A stretch of DNA of 62,876 bases, filler included, from Chiloscyllium plagiosum (taxonomy: Eukaryota): the NCBI RefSeq assembly GCF_004010195.1. It is 3 parts of one record of this genome, joined end to end, with 100 filler letters (N's around TTAATTAATTAA, not from the genome) between each part and the next. Parts side by side here need not be neighbours in the genome. Positions count along the whole stretch, not along the records: positions 1 to 14,910 come from NC_057714.1; positions 15,011 to 46,952 come from NC_057714.1; 1 more part is not named here. One strand, given 5' to 3'. Below the pieces are notes generated by a model, which did not search any database, was not told the origin of the DNA, and saw nothing but the letters and a program-made list of their open reading frames with translations. Both the position numbers and the translations under genes were made by a program. Shown here piece by piece: positions 12,431 to 23,248 of the stretch (its first letter is position 1; each line of letters opens with the position of its first letter).

Positions 12431-13914
12431 TGCTTGTCCTTCTACACAGTGACAATTGTGACTGTTCTGAATGGGAATGGATGCAGTTTGTAAATATAAA
12501 CTGATAAAATGTGATATTTCTTCCAATATTGATGTTTCAACCATGCAAATCCTGACAACTACTTACATCTTCTTTTTCAGCTTCTCTGGACATGTTTATT
12601 TCTTGCTGCAATTTCCGAGGGGTCACGTCCTATTTCCTGATGAGGGAATGGAGACAGGAAACAAGACCAGTGAAAGCAACCAGTGACACCTCTCCCTGAT
12701 GGCCTGAAGATTCCAAAGTGTCGGAGAAGCCCAAGACTCAAGGGATGTCCTCGCTCCTAAGTTCCGAAACTAAGGGAAACTAAGTTCAGCTGACAGAGTT
12801 TGCTTTGTGTATCTCAAAGCCTGTACTAAGCGATTTTAGTTAAACAGCCGCAACTACAAAGTAAACAAACCAGCAAAACTTATCATGTACTATAAAAACA
12901 GACAGGTTATGTCAGCTCGGTAATATATATTTCCTTTGCAGAAATGATCTGCGACATTAAGCATAATTTCTGTTCTTCATAGCTGATGGACCTAGTGCAG
13001 CAAATCCAAGTGAAGGGAAATAAATCAGATCACGTCTCCTGCTGTTGGGTAGCTTCCCAGTTTTCACAATGGCTCATCTGCCATCTGGCTGCAAGTGCTT
13101 TTGCACAAAATGTGAAAAAGCTCAATTTAAATGCTGCAATGTAAATGAAAGGCAGTGCAGTAAAACTCACGTGGGATTCTCCAGGGACACTGCTCGGTCC
13201 CCTCGGTTTGTCACAATGAAATGTATAACGAAGATCAGACTGGAGAAGGGGTTTGGCGGTAAGAAGGAGAACCAAGCAGTATCAGTGATACTTCCCACTG
13301 CAGGCTCAAGAAAGTGTGGACAAATGCTCATTTTTCTTATGGGGGAGGGGGTGCGACTGTATTTTGGATTTGAGAATGTTGGAGGATTCCTCTGATTTTG
13401 CCTGATTTGAAGGATGAACAGGAATTTGAAGATTTCACAGCAATTTTGAAGCAGACGTTTCTTATATCCACACAGCTGTGTTCACCTACATGGGAGCTTA
13501 GCCATTCGAGAAAACATATCTGTGAACATCTGGCTTTGCTTACTCCATCAGTAAAGCAAGGATGGAGTTGGGCCACCTGTTAAAAACTGGCTCCACCACA
13601 ATGTCCGTGGCAGTCAAGGTCACCACAACCATGAATTTTTTTAAACAAATTGCATGGAACATCAGGTACAAATGTCAATCAGTGTGTTGGTGCATCACGC
13701 ACACCATTGTGTCACAAAACAATTATCTTTGATTCACTTGGCCCAGTTAAGGTAAATATTGCTGTGCAGCACCATCTCCGATGACTGTTTCAGCTCAAAA
13801 TACTCTTTTGTGCGGTAGGATATCTCCTTAGAGGTCCTTCAGATCGTGCAACCCTTTAAAATTTGCAAAAGCCCATAATTTTTCAAGCCCTGTTCCCCCA
13901 GAGCAAACAGTATT

Positions 13915-14597
13915 AGAGTTTATACAGCACAGAAACAGATCCTTCTGTTCAACTCGTCTGTGCCGACTGGATATCCTAAACTGATCTAGTCTCATTTGCC
14001 TATAACCCCTCTAAACGTTTCCTATTCATGTACTCTTCCAGATGCTTTCTAAATTACATAACTGTACTTGCCTCCACGACTTCCTCTGGCAGCTCGTCCT
14101 GTACACGCACTACCCCCTGTGAGAAAAAGTTGCCCTGCCAGTCCCTTTTAAATCTTTCCCTTTTGACCTTCAACAAGAGCCCTCCAGTTTTGGACTCGCC
14201 TATCCTGAGAAAAAAACTTTAGCTATTCACTCTATGCGTGCCCCTCATGATTTTATAAACCTCTATAAGTCACTCCCCAAGTCCTGAAACTCCAGGGAAT
14301 AAGTCCCAGCCTATTCAACTTCTCCCTTAGCTCAAACCCATCAATCCGGGCAACATCCTTGTCAATCTTTTCTGAACTCTTTCAAATCTGACAACAGCTT
14401 TCCCAAAGTAGGGAGAGCAGAATTGAAACAATATTCAAAAAGTAGCCGAGCAATGTCCTGTACAGCCGCAACATGACCTCCCAATTCTTATACTCACTGC
14501 ATTGACCAATGAAGGCAAATGTGCCAAACATCTTCTTTACCACCCTATCTACCTGTGATTCTAATTTCAAGATACTATGAATCTGTACTCCAAGATG
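13915..14597 (-). mobile_element. CR1 LINE 3' fragment
   Basis: Minus-strand KLESQVDRVVKKMFGTFAFIGQCSEYKNWEVMLRLYRTL and a CR1 tail. Confidence 0.9.
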
Positions 14598-14615
14598 CAG
14601 AGGTCAAGATGTCAC

Positions 14616-14910
14616 TTTTTTTTATTTCAAAAATATACCTTATTCATAAAATAATTTGATGGTCTGTTACAGTTGGTCATACCATATATACGTAAGCATT
14701 TATATATAGAGATCAGAATTTATCATTTTTTATATACAGGTCTGTACGTTTATCAATCATATGTCCATATATTTAGCTGAGGCGTCAGCAGAGCCCAAAT
14801 GACTGCGTGGGCCCCCTGTTCTTCTTAGGCAGGCAGATGTTACACGGTGGTCTTTCCCCACCGCGCCTTGGCGGCAGCTGCCCCAAGCTTCAGCGTGTCC
14901 CTCAACACGT
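14616..14910 (-). mobile_element. Tx1/L1-clade LINE 3' end, running into a gap
   Basis: Minus strand encodes VLRDTLKLGAAAAKARWGKTTV*, followed by an AT-rich 3' UTR and an oligo(A) end (T-run from 14616). Confidence 0.6.
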
Positions 14911-15010
14911 NNNNNNNNNNNNNNNNNNNNNNNNNNNNNNNNNNNNNNNNNNNNTTAATTAATTAANNNNNNNNNNNNNNNNNNNNNNNNNNNNNNNNNN
15001 NNNNNNNNNN
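14911..15010. other. Assembly join: 44 N + TTAATTAATTAA + 44 N
   Basis: The 12-mer has stop codons in all six frames and is centred in a gap of exactly 100 bp. The same construct occurs at 46953-47052. Confidence 0.9.
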
Positions 15011-15215
15011 CCTTCATAATTTTATATGTTTATACAAGATCCGCCCCCCTCATTCTTCTGAATTCCAATGACTATAATCCCAGTCTACTCAGCCTCTCCT
15101 CATAAGCCAATCCCCTCAACTCCGGAATCAACCTAGTGAACCTCCTCTGCACCCCCTCCAGTGCCAGTACATCCTTTCTTAATTAAGGAAACTAAATCTG
15201 CACACAGTACTCCAG
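15011..15215 (-). mobile_element. CR1 LINE fragment
   Basis: Antisense of the ALEGVQRRFTRLIPELRGLAYEERLSRLGL region of ORF2. Confidence 0.85.
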
Positions 15216-15420
15216 GTCTGTCCTATCACCCTCACCTTGACCTTTTTCCACCTATCACATTTCTGACGCCCCTCCCCCAAGTCCCTCCTCCCTATCTTTT
15301 ATCTTAGCCTGCTGGACAAACTTTCCTCATTCCTGAAGAAGGGCTAATGCCCGAAACGTCGATTCTCCTGTTCCCTAGATGCTGCCTGACCTGCTGCGCT
15401 TCTCCAGCAACACATTTCCA
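15216..15420 (+). mobile_element. PLE 3' UTR/pLTR with hammerhead motif (15329-15365)
   Basis: Pyrimidine-rich UTR shared with 46860-46952, then CTGAAGA-A-GGGC-TAAT-GCCC-GAAAC-GTC. Confidence 0.85.
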
Positions 15421-15700
15421 TTTCCTTATTAAACCTATTGACTAAAACATGTTGTGTGATTTTTACATTTTTACACCCCAGACCAACACCGGCATCTCCA
15501 AATCATGATAACTCAAAGCAGTATTTTCAGGACACCAGGGATCCAGCAGAAAGAATACGTCTCCAGAGCAAGCAGTAATATTAGGAAAGTGATCAACATG
15601 CGTACCATGCTGAGGGTATAAATCAGTGATTAGATCACACTTGTGACAAAACAGGATAGCCTTTGCATTATACAGGTGAACATTTCTGGCAAGAGGGCAG

Positions 15701-16198
15701 AACACCATAATCTTCACAGACCAGTGTGAAGTGGCTCAACACAGCAGTACAGAAATAAAACTCTTGAAAGTAAGACTGAGGCTATGCGAATTCAGCATAT
15801 AAATACTGCAGAGAACATCATGCAAAAGAGAAAAAGGCATATCCAGGATGGGAAAAGCAATTTTCTCATTGCAAGAAGCTGAAACAATTTGCACATGAGT
15901 GCATAGGCCAGAAGGAAGCACAAACAAAATGCAAATACAGATTGCCACTGGAGAGAAATCAGCAGAAGATTTTATCTAATTACTCTTCAACATACAGCAG
16001 GTTGACTTAGTCAGGTTGGAAGGTGATATGTGGCTCGTCAAAGTTGGAATGGTGTCTGCAGAACGTCATCTGCTCAACATAAACTGTCAGATGTATACCG
16101 CTTCATTATGCAACACCATAACCTTCACAGACCTGTGTGAAGTGGCTCAACACAGCAGTACAGAAATAAAACTCTTGAAAGTAAGACTGAGGCTGTGC
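15701..16198 (+). repeat. 87-bp dispersed direct repeat (15701-15787 and 16112-16198)
   Basis: AACACCATAA(T/C)CTTCACAGACC(A/T)GTGTGAAGTGGCTCAACACAGCAGTACAGAAATAAAACTCTTGAAAGTAAGACTGAGGCT(A/G)TGC, 3 mismatches. Confidence 0.95.
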
Positions 16199-16536
16199 AA
16201 AGCCACCAGATTTGTGCCGAGAGGACAGATTGCTGTGACAGCCCATTTCAGAAACAAGACCAAAGACGAGGAGTTCCAAATCATAGACAACAAGAAATCT
16301 CCATGTATCTCAGCTGAAGCAAGCTAACATTTGGATTGGTAACACTCAATGTGCCAAAAGAAATCTGCAATGAGCTTCAGCTCAATGAGTCATTGACCAC
16401 ATAACAGACTATACAGGAGTATATTGTTGTGTTAAGATGTTTAAGAAGTTTCCTGAAGAATAACATTCTGAATTTAATGAAAATGTTAGGCCAATTTAAT
16501 ATCTACAGAGGAATGTTCCTGCTGCCCTCAAGACCA

Positions 16537-18190
16537 AAGAGTTTCTTGGCAAATAGAATTAAGGAGAATCCAAAGAGTTTTTACATATAGATTAAGGACA
16601 AAAAGGCAACTAGGGAGAGAATAGGGCCCCCAAAGATCAGCAAGGCAGCCTTTGTGTGGAGCCACAGAAAATGGGGGAGGTAATAAATGAGTATATTGCA
16701 TCAGCATTTACTGTGGAAAAGGATATGGAAGATATAGACTGTAGGGAAATAGGTGGTGACATCTTGCAAAATGTCCACATTACTTAGGAAGAAGTGCTAG
16801 ATGTCTTGAAACGGGTAAAGGTGGATAAATCCCCAGGACCTGATCAGGTGTACCCAAGAACTCTGTGGGAAGCTAGAGAAGTGATTGCTGAGCCTCTTGC
16901 TGAGATATTTGTATTATCGATACTCACAGGTGAGGTGCCAGAAGACTGGAAGTTGGCTAACGTGGTGCCACTGTTTAAGAAGNNNNNNNNNNNNNNNNNN
17001 NNNNNNNNNNNNNNNNNNNNNNNNNNNNNNNNNNNNNNNNNNNNNNNNNNNNNNNNNNNNNNNNNNNNNNNNNNNNNNNNNNNNNNNNNNNNNNNNNNNN
17101 NNNNNNNNNNNNNNNNNNNNNNNNNNNNNNNNNNNNNNNNNNNNNNNNNNNNNNNNNNNNNNNNNNNNNNNNNNNNNNNNNNNNNNNNNNNNNNNNNNNN
17201 NNNNNNNNNNNNNNNNNNNNNNNNNNNNNNNNNNNNNNNNNNNNNNNNNNNNNNNNNNNNNNNNNNNNNNNNNNNNNNNNNNNNNNNNNNNNNNNNNNNN
17301 NNNNNNNNNNNNNNNNNNNNNNNNNNNNNNNNNNNNNNNNNNNNNNNNNNNNNNNNNNNNNNNNNNNNNNNNNNNNNNNNNNNNNNNNNNNNNNNNNNNN
17401 NNNNNNNNNNNNNNNNNNNNNNNNNNNNNNNNNNNNNNNNNNNNNNNNNNNNNNNNNNNNNNNNNATGGTAAGGTCCTAGGGAGTGTTGCTGAACAAAGA
17501 GACCTTGGAGTGGAGATTCATAGCTCTTTGAAAGTGGAGTCGCAGGTAGATAGGATAGTGAAGAAGGCATTAGGTATGCTTTCCTTTATTGGTCAGACTA
17601 TTGAGTACAGGAGTTGGGAGGTCATGTTGCGGCTGTACAGGACATTGGTTAGGCTACTGTTGGAATATTGCATGCAATTCTGGTCTCCTTCCTATCGGAA
17701 AGATGTTGTGAAACTTGAAACATTTACAAGGATGTTGCCAGGGTTGGAGGATTTGAGCTGTAGGGAAAGGCTGAACAGGCTGGGGCTGTTTTCCCTGGAG
17801 CATCGGAGGCTGAATGGTGACCTTATAGAGGTTTACAAAATTATGAGAGGCATGTATAGGATAAATAGACAAAGTCTTTTCCCTGGGGTCAGGGAGTCCA
17901 GAACTAGAGGTCATAGGTTTAGGGTGAAGGGCAATGATATATAAGAGACCTACGGGGCAACCTTTTCACACAGAGAGTAGTATGGAATGAGCTGCCAGAG
18001 GAAGTGGTGGAGGCTGTTACAATTGTAACATTTAAAAGGCATTTGTATGGGTTTATGAATAGGAAGGGTTTGGAGGGATATGGGCCGGGTGCTGACTGGT
18101 GGGACTAGATTGGGTTGGGATATCTGGTTGGCATGGACGGGTTGGACCGAAAGGTCTGTTTCCATGCTGTACATCTCTATGACTCTATGA
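16537..18190 (+). mobile_element. CR1 (HER1-like) LINE, 5'-truncated and gapped, nested in Gypsy pol
   Basis: [24 protein letters not shown] and ORF2 C-terminus LEYCMQFWSP..RRLNGDLIEVYKIM; tail CTCTATGACTCTATGA. Gypsy coding sequence resumes on both sides. Confidence 0.93.
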
Positions 18191-18649
18191 CCAGCCTAAA
18201 ATTGTTGGAAGAGTTGAAGGAAAAGGGACTAACCAAGTCAGAGACAACCCCCAGAGAATGGATTAGCAGATTGGCAGCTGTGAAATCATGTGGAAAGCTG
18301 TGAGAATGTATTTACCTGAAGGATCTAAAAGAAAAATCTCTGAGGTCTCATTGCCCCATGCTAACCATTGAAAAAATTTTGCCATAACAGGCAAAATAAA
18401 AAGATCTCATCACCCTAGATGCAAGGATAGGTACTGGTGAATAAAGATGGGTGAAAGCAGCTACTTTCTAATTATTTTCGGGGCAATGGTTGAGAGACAC
18501 AATGAATGATCTGCTTGTTTAACACTGCAGACATCCAAAGGAAAAAAAAAATTGCTGAACCTGATTAAAACCTGGTTCCAAATGCTAAGCAGACATTTCC
18601 TGATGAACCTAAATCTCAACAAGAGCAATTGCAAATGGACAAGGTCACA

Positions 18650-18927
18650 AGTGGTGTTATCACTAGAGACCCAGGTAATATTCTGGGACTCAAGTTCAAA
18701 TCGCGCCATGGCAGATGGTGGTTTTGAATTCAATAAAAGTTAAGAGTCTAATGATGACCATGAAACTATTGCCGATTGTTGGACAAAACCCATCTGATTC
18801 ACTTATCTCCTTTAGGGAAATCCACCAGTCTGGCCAACATGTGTCTCCATCCTTCTGGGCAATCAGGGATGGGCAACGAATACTGGTCAGGCAAGCAATG
18901 TCTACGTCCTGTGAATGAATTAAAAAA
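18650..18927 (+). mobile_element. tRNA-derived SINE, second family
   Basis: GTTCAAATC B box and tail AGGGATGGGCAA...GTGAATGAATTAAAAAA; homologous to 35307-35645. Confidence 0.75.
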
Positions 18928-21900
18928 TTAAAATTATCTAAAATCACGTGCATATGTTATATACTGACATAAGAAAGTCATTGCCCAAATCCCAAAAAAC
19001 TGCGTGCTGTAACGGAGATGCAGTGACTGAGAGATATAAAGAGTGCAATGATTTGTTGGATTTATCAACTGTTTATAAAATCATTGCCCAATTTGTTGTT
19101 AGCTTGCAAACCATTAGGCCAACACACTCCAAGACATAGACAGGTTTTAGTGTATGGAACAAAAAGCAGCATGCATTAAAATCAAGCAACTAGTGATTCA
19201 TGATGGAAATAATGAAATGTTGAATAAAAGGCAAACAATGTGCCTGATTTTGCTGCCTGTTTAGTGGATATCTGGAGGTTAAGTACTACAACTTTATGCC
19301 TATCATATGCTTGAATGTCTCATCTCTTAGTAAGATAGTGATGTTTGTAAAACTTATGGAGGAGCTGGGCAAATAAGAAAAAAAAAGCTTTCTGATTTTC
19401 ACATTTTACTGTGCACGGGTACAGTTGCCAAAACAATTGCTGTCCAGTTTATTCCTTAATAACAGTGTGTACTTTCAACTTCATTACTTTCCTGATCATG
19501 TTACTAATATAAAATCTGAGCCCAGATATATTTGCTTTTTTAACATTTGATTCTGGTTATCTTTTTATACATTTTGAGATGACCCTAGTAAGATATTTCG
19601 GAGTTAATTTTAAAAGGTTAAGCTGTCCATTAAGAATTGGACAGATAAATATGATGTGACTGTAAGAACTGTGCATTCATTTCCATTTTCAACAGTAATT
19701 TCTAGCCTTTGTTGTCAATGTGAATCATTTATAATAACAGATTTTTTAAAAAGCTTGTTATTATTTAATTATAACAATTGAGCTTTACAATATTCATTGG
19801 ACAATGACTAACTATTTGACTTCATCTTTCCTTGAGCTTTTTGAGCCAGGAACTAAAATGCTTATTCAGACATTGTAAAAGAGGCAATGGTCTATTCATG
19901 TTCATCAGCATGAAACTTGCCATGCTAGAAATGATCAGCTCAGTTCTCCTTGCCTCTGAGATCATATTAATTCGGCCTCCTCATTAATAATTGACTGCTC
20001 TAAATTGGTTTCAAAATTAAAACTTTGTGGATGGATCAATACTCTGTCATTTCTTCTCAAACAAATCTGAACTGAGAATCATGTCTTTCAACAAAACTGA
20101 CATGGAATGAGATGTACCTAAATCAGTAATTAAATGTCACATTTGAGCAATAGGTAAGGGTAAATTATTTTTTGCCTCAATCCAACAATCCATTGATAGG
20201 TTAGGATTATTTGGTTTGAGAGTCTGGTAGTTATTAGCAATGAACTAGTTACATAGAGGTTTGTGAAATTAATTTCTGTCATTACATCCTATGAAACTTG
20301 TAAAAATACCATTGGTTTATTAGTGTCTATTAATTTTCCTTATAAGGAAAATTCTGCAAGATGATTACGGCTCTCCCTCACTGTTAATCACCAGTTGTTT
20401 CTCCTTGACCTCATATACCAGCATTTACATTAAAGATATCATTGAACCTATTTATGATTAAATCTTCTGAATCTGAAGGCGACAGGTCCAGAGGTGTGAA
20501 GTGAATCTTGTTGAGTACCAGAACTCCATCATCTTCCCACCATCACCTAAATTAGCTTCTGCGTAGGAAGAATAAAGCTTCACTTTCCTGCCCCCACTGC
20601 CAATTAAGGCCCTTAAGTAGGCAATTAAATGAAATTATTTCAGCTCTGGACAGGTTGAGAAAGAACCGTGTTGTGAAAAGTGATAGTTCTGAAAGGGTTA
20701 ATGTTGAACTCTACTCAATCTAATGATGTCATACTGCCAGAGACCATCTTGGATCTCAAGAGCGAAGACTGAGATCCACAGGTCTCCCCACAGTCTTAGT
20801 GACAATATTTATCTTTCTAAAGTAACAGATTGCTGGAAGAGTCTGTTTTTGTTAAGACTCAGTTGGTGACAGAAAGCTACCACCATTACAACCTGCCTTT
20901 GGTCAGGCTTTCCATACCACATTTGACATCAGGGATCAGAGGTGGCCAATGATTTGAAATCCAGTAGACCCAAGAGCCGTGAATTTCAGTGGGCCCAGGA
21001 GCAGTACTGAACGTTTAACTCCCTGATAACTTTATGGCATTTAGAAATGCTAATACAGCCAGTTAGCAGCTGAAAAGTGAACCAACTGTATAGTAGAGCA
21101 GCCTGCAGAGCAAACCATGGAAAAATTAGCAAGGGCGAAAAAAGACTTACCGATGAAGACTCTATTTCAAACCTGGTAAGAAGCAGGGAAGCAAACGTGA
21201 GCTTGGTGCTAGTCACAATGGCTGTTACAGATTTTGTCAGAAATGAGAATCTGAATTTATAGGAGCAATCCTGAGCAGAGATTTCGCTAGGAAACAAATA
21301 AGCATTGGATCTCCATGTGCAAGATTAAAAATCTTTGCTGAACGTAGGGATAAACTTCTAATGAACAGAACTGAACAGCCTGAGAAGTTTATAAGTTAAA
21401 AGGTAGTACTTACAATTCATGACAAATTGTGCTGCCAAAGTGGGCAAACATTACAAAGCATGGCCACAGAGTGCAAATAAAGGGCCATGGAAGTAATTAA
21501 AATGAAGGTTGCAGCATTGGTAATGTTACATTAAAGGTAACAAGAGACTATTTAAAAGCTAAGACAGTCAGCATCTAACAGGACAAGATGGTATGAAGAA
21601 TATTGACGCTGTGATAAAGGTGGGTGAGACATTAGTTAAATCATGGTTCAGGCATTATTCAGACTGTAGGCACTAGGCTATATTTTGGAAAGTCATGGAA
21701 TAGGATCAGCATTGTTTTAAGGACAAGCAAGGCAAACAATTGCCTTTTTTTTGCCACGGAAAGCTGTTGCATTGATCGCAAATATGTCAGAAAACTCCGA
21801 GTGAGCAGTACGGAAGTTTAGAATTGTTCTATTGCAGAATTTTAAAGTCGGACAGGTAGGGATGATCATACAGGGTAAATTTATTGTAGGATTAAATATG

Positions 21901-22060
21901 TTAAAGCAAGGAAAATAAAATAGTATATACAGAATTAAAAAGCTTTGAACTTAAAATAACAAATAATCACAATAGACAGAAATAGCAGGAGAAATAATGC
22001 CTTGCAGATTTAACTTCAGAGTTGGGCCAAATAAATCATAGGATTGGGCATCTTGGAATA

Positions 22061-22277
22061 GAGGAGAAAGTGAGGTCTGCAGATGCTGGAGATCAAAGTT
22101 GAAACTTTATTGCTGGAACAGCACAGCAGGTCAGGCAGCATCCAGGGAACAGGAGATTCGACGTTTCGGGCACAGGCCCTTCTTCAGATTCCTGAAGAAG
22201 GGCCTGTGCCCGAAATGTCGAATCTCCTGTTCCCTGGATGCTGCCTGACCTGCTGTGCTGTTCCAGCAATAAAGTTT
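22061..22277. mobile_element. Fold-back PLE-derived insertion (88-bp inverted repeat, 1 mismatch) with 12-bp TSD
   Basis: Arms 22100-22187 and 22192-22279. TSD CATCTTGGAATA at 22049-22060 and 22278-22289. Confidence 0.92.
22186..22225 (+). ncRNA. Minimal type I hammerhead ribozyme motif
   Basis: Stem I AGATTC/GAATCT, CUGAAGA core, stem II GGGC-CTGT-GCCC, GAAA-U, GUC cleavage triplet; stem III has no loop. Confidence 0.7.
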
Positions 22278-22635
22278 CATCTTGGAATAAACTTCTTAAG
22301 ATACAGAATTGTTTCGAAGATCAATACTAAATCATAAACTGGAAAAAGAAACATGACAATCTACTCAATAGGACCTGTAGTATTACAACTCACCAAAATA
22401 TAAAAGGAAGGGATAGATAATTTTGTTGAAGTTCTACAAGATTTTGATAATTACTTTAATCTGAGAAAAAAAATAAGATTCATGAAGAAGCAAAATTCAA
22501 CACAAGAGTTAGAACTACAGTAGAATCTGTTGATAATCTAATTAATGATCTCTACAGATTTGTGGAAAATGTGACTGTTGAGCTTTAAAATCAGAATTCA
22601 TAAGAGATTGCATTATTTTGGAAATACTGATGTAT

Positions 22636-22879
22636 CTTTAGAATAAGTAAAATAATGCAGATGCTGGAAATCAGAAACAAACACAGAGAATGCTGGATAA
22701 ACTCAACAGGTCTAGCAGCATCTATGGAGAGAAAAACAGAATGAACATTTCAAGTCCAATGTGACCTCTAAGTCCGAGTTCTGAAGAAGATTCATACTGG
22801 AATCCAAATGTTAATTGTGCTTCCCTTTCCACAGATGCTGCCAGAACAGTTGAGTCTCTCCAGCATTCTCTGTGTTTGT
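22636..22879. mobile_element. Older fold-back PLE-derived insertion (different subfamily) with 11-bp TSD and decayed hammerhead
   Basis: TSD TACTGATGTAT at 22625-22635 and 22880-22890. Imperfect inverted arms AACAAACACAGAGAATGCTGGA.../...TCCAGCATTCTCTGTGTTTGTT. Motif AGTT-CTGAAGA-A-GATTC-ATACTG-GAATC-CAAAT-GTT-AATT. Confidence 0.8.
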
Positions 22880-23054
22880 TACTGATGTATTATTATGCAA
22901 ATAAGAATGAACTTTGGAGAACTCGATTCAGATTTTGCAGGAAGGAAAAGCAGGAAGAATCACAGAGAAATCTGTAATCTGAATTTTTTCATCCCAAGTC
23001 CTAATATCAGTAGAAAACCTGCCAGCAACCAGTTAGCTACCTGATTACCAGCAC

Positions 23055-23248
23055 CATGGGCAATTTAGCATGGCCCATTCACCTGACCTGCACAGCTTTG
23101 GCCTGCGGGAGGAAACCAGAGCACCCGGAGGAAACCTACACAGAGATTGTGCAAACTCCACACAGACAGTTGCCCGAGGCTGGAATCGAACCTGGGACTC
23201 TGGTGCTGTGAAGTAGCAGTGCTAACTACTGAGCCACTGTGCCACCCC
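23055..23248 (-). mobile_element. HE1-like SINE, 3' part missing; another fragment at about 23300-23420
   Basis: Minus-strand head GGTGGCACAGTGGCTCAGTAGTTAGC and B box GGTTCGATTCC. Confidence 0.9.

Larger units (their letters stand above)
15510..19200 (+). mobile_element. Decayed Ty3/Gypsy LTR retrotransposon (gag, protease, RT) interrupted by a CR1 and a SINE
   Basis: Gag knuckle-like YKYCREHHAKEKKAYPGWEKQFSHCKKLKQFAHEC at about 15795-15905. Protease-like NCQMYTASLCNTITFTDLCEV...FQIIDNKKSPCISAE at 16016-16327. RT TPREWISRLAAVK..GKL...SHCPMLTIEKILP...TLDAR at 18190-18480, NLNLNKSNCK at about 18600 and FVGFINCL..LPNL at about 19050. Confidence 0.8.
21990..22960 (+). mobile_element. Second decayed Ty3/Gypsy gag, carrying two PLE insertions
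   Basis: Reads DWASW..FLRYRIVSKINTKS...TIYSIG...VEVLQDFDNYFNLRK..HEEAKFNTRV..ESVDNLINDLYRFVEN..KSEFIRDCII, typical of Mag/K02A2.6-like gag. Confidence 0.7.

Noticed and set aside
14955..14966. TTAATTAATTAA palindrome (also at 46997-47008)
   Set aside because: Centred in identical 100-bp N gaps with stops in all six frames: an artificial assembly linker. Adjacency across these joins is uncertain.
16794..17570. Long ORFs spanning N runs (also 32091-33055 and 52946-53667)
   Set aside because: Their length comes from X codons.
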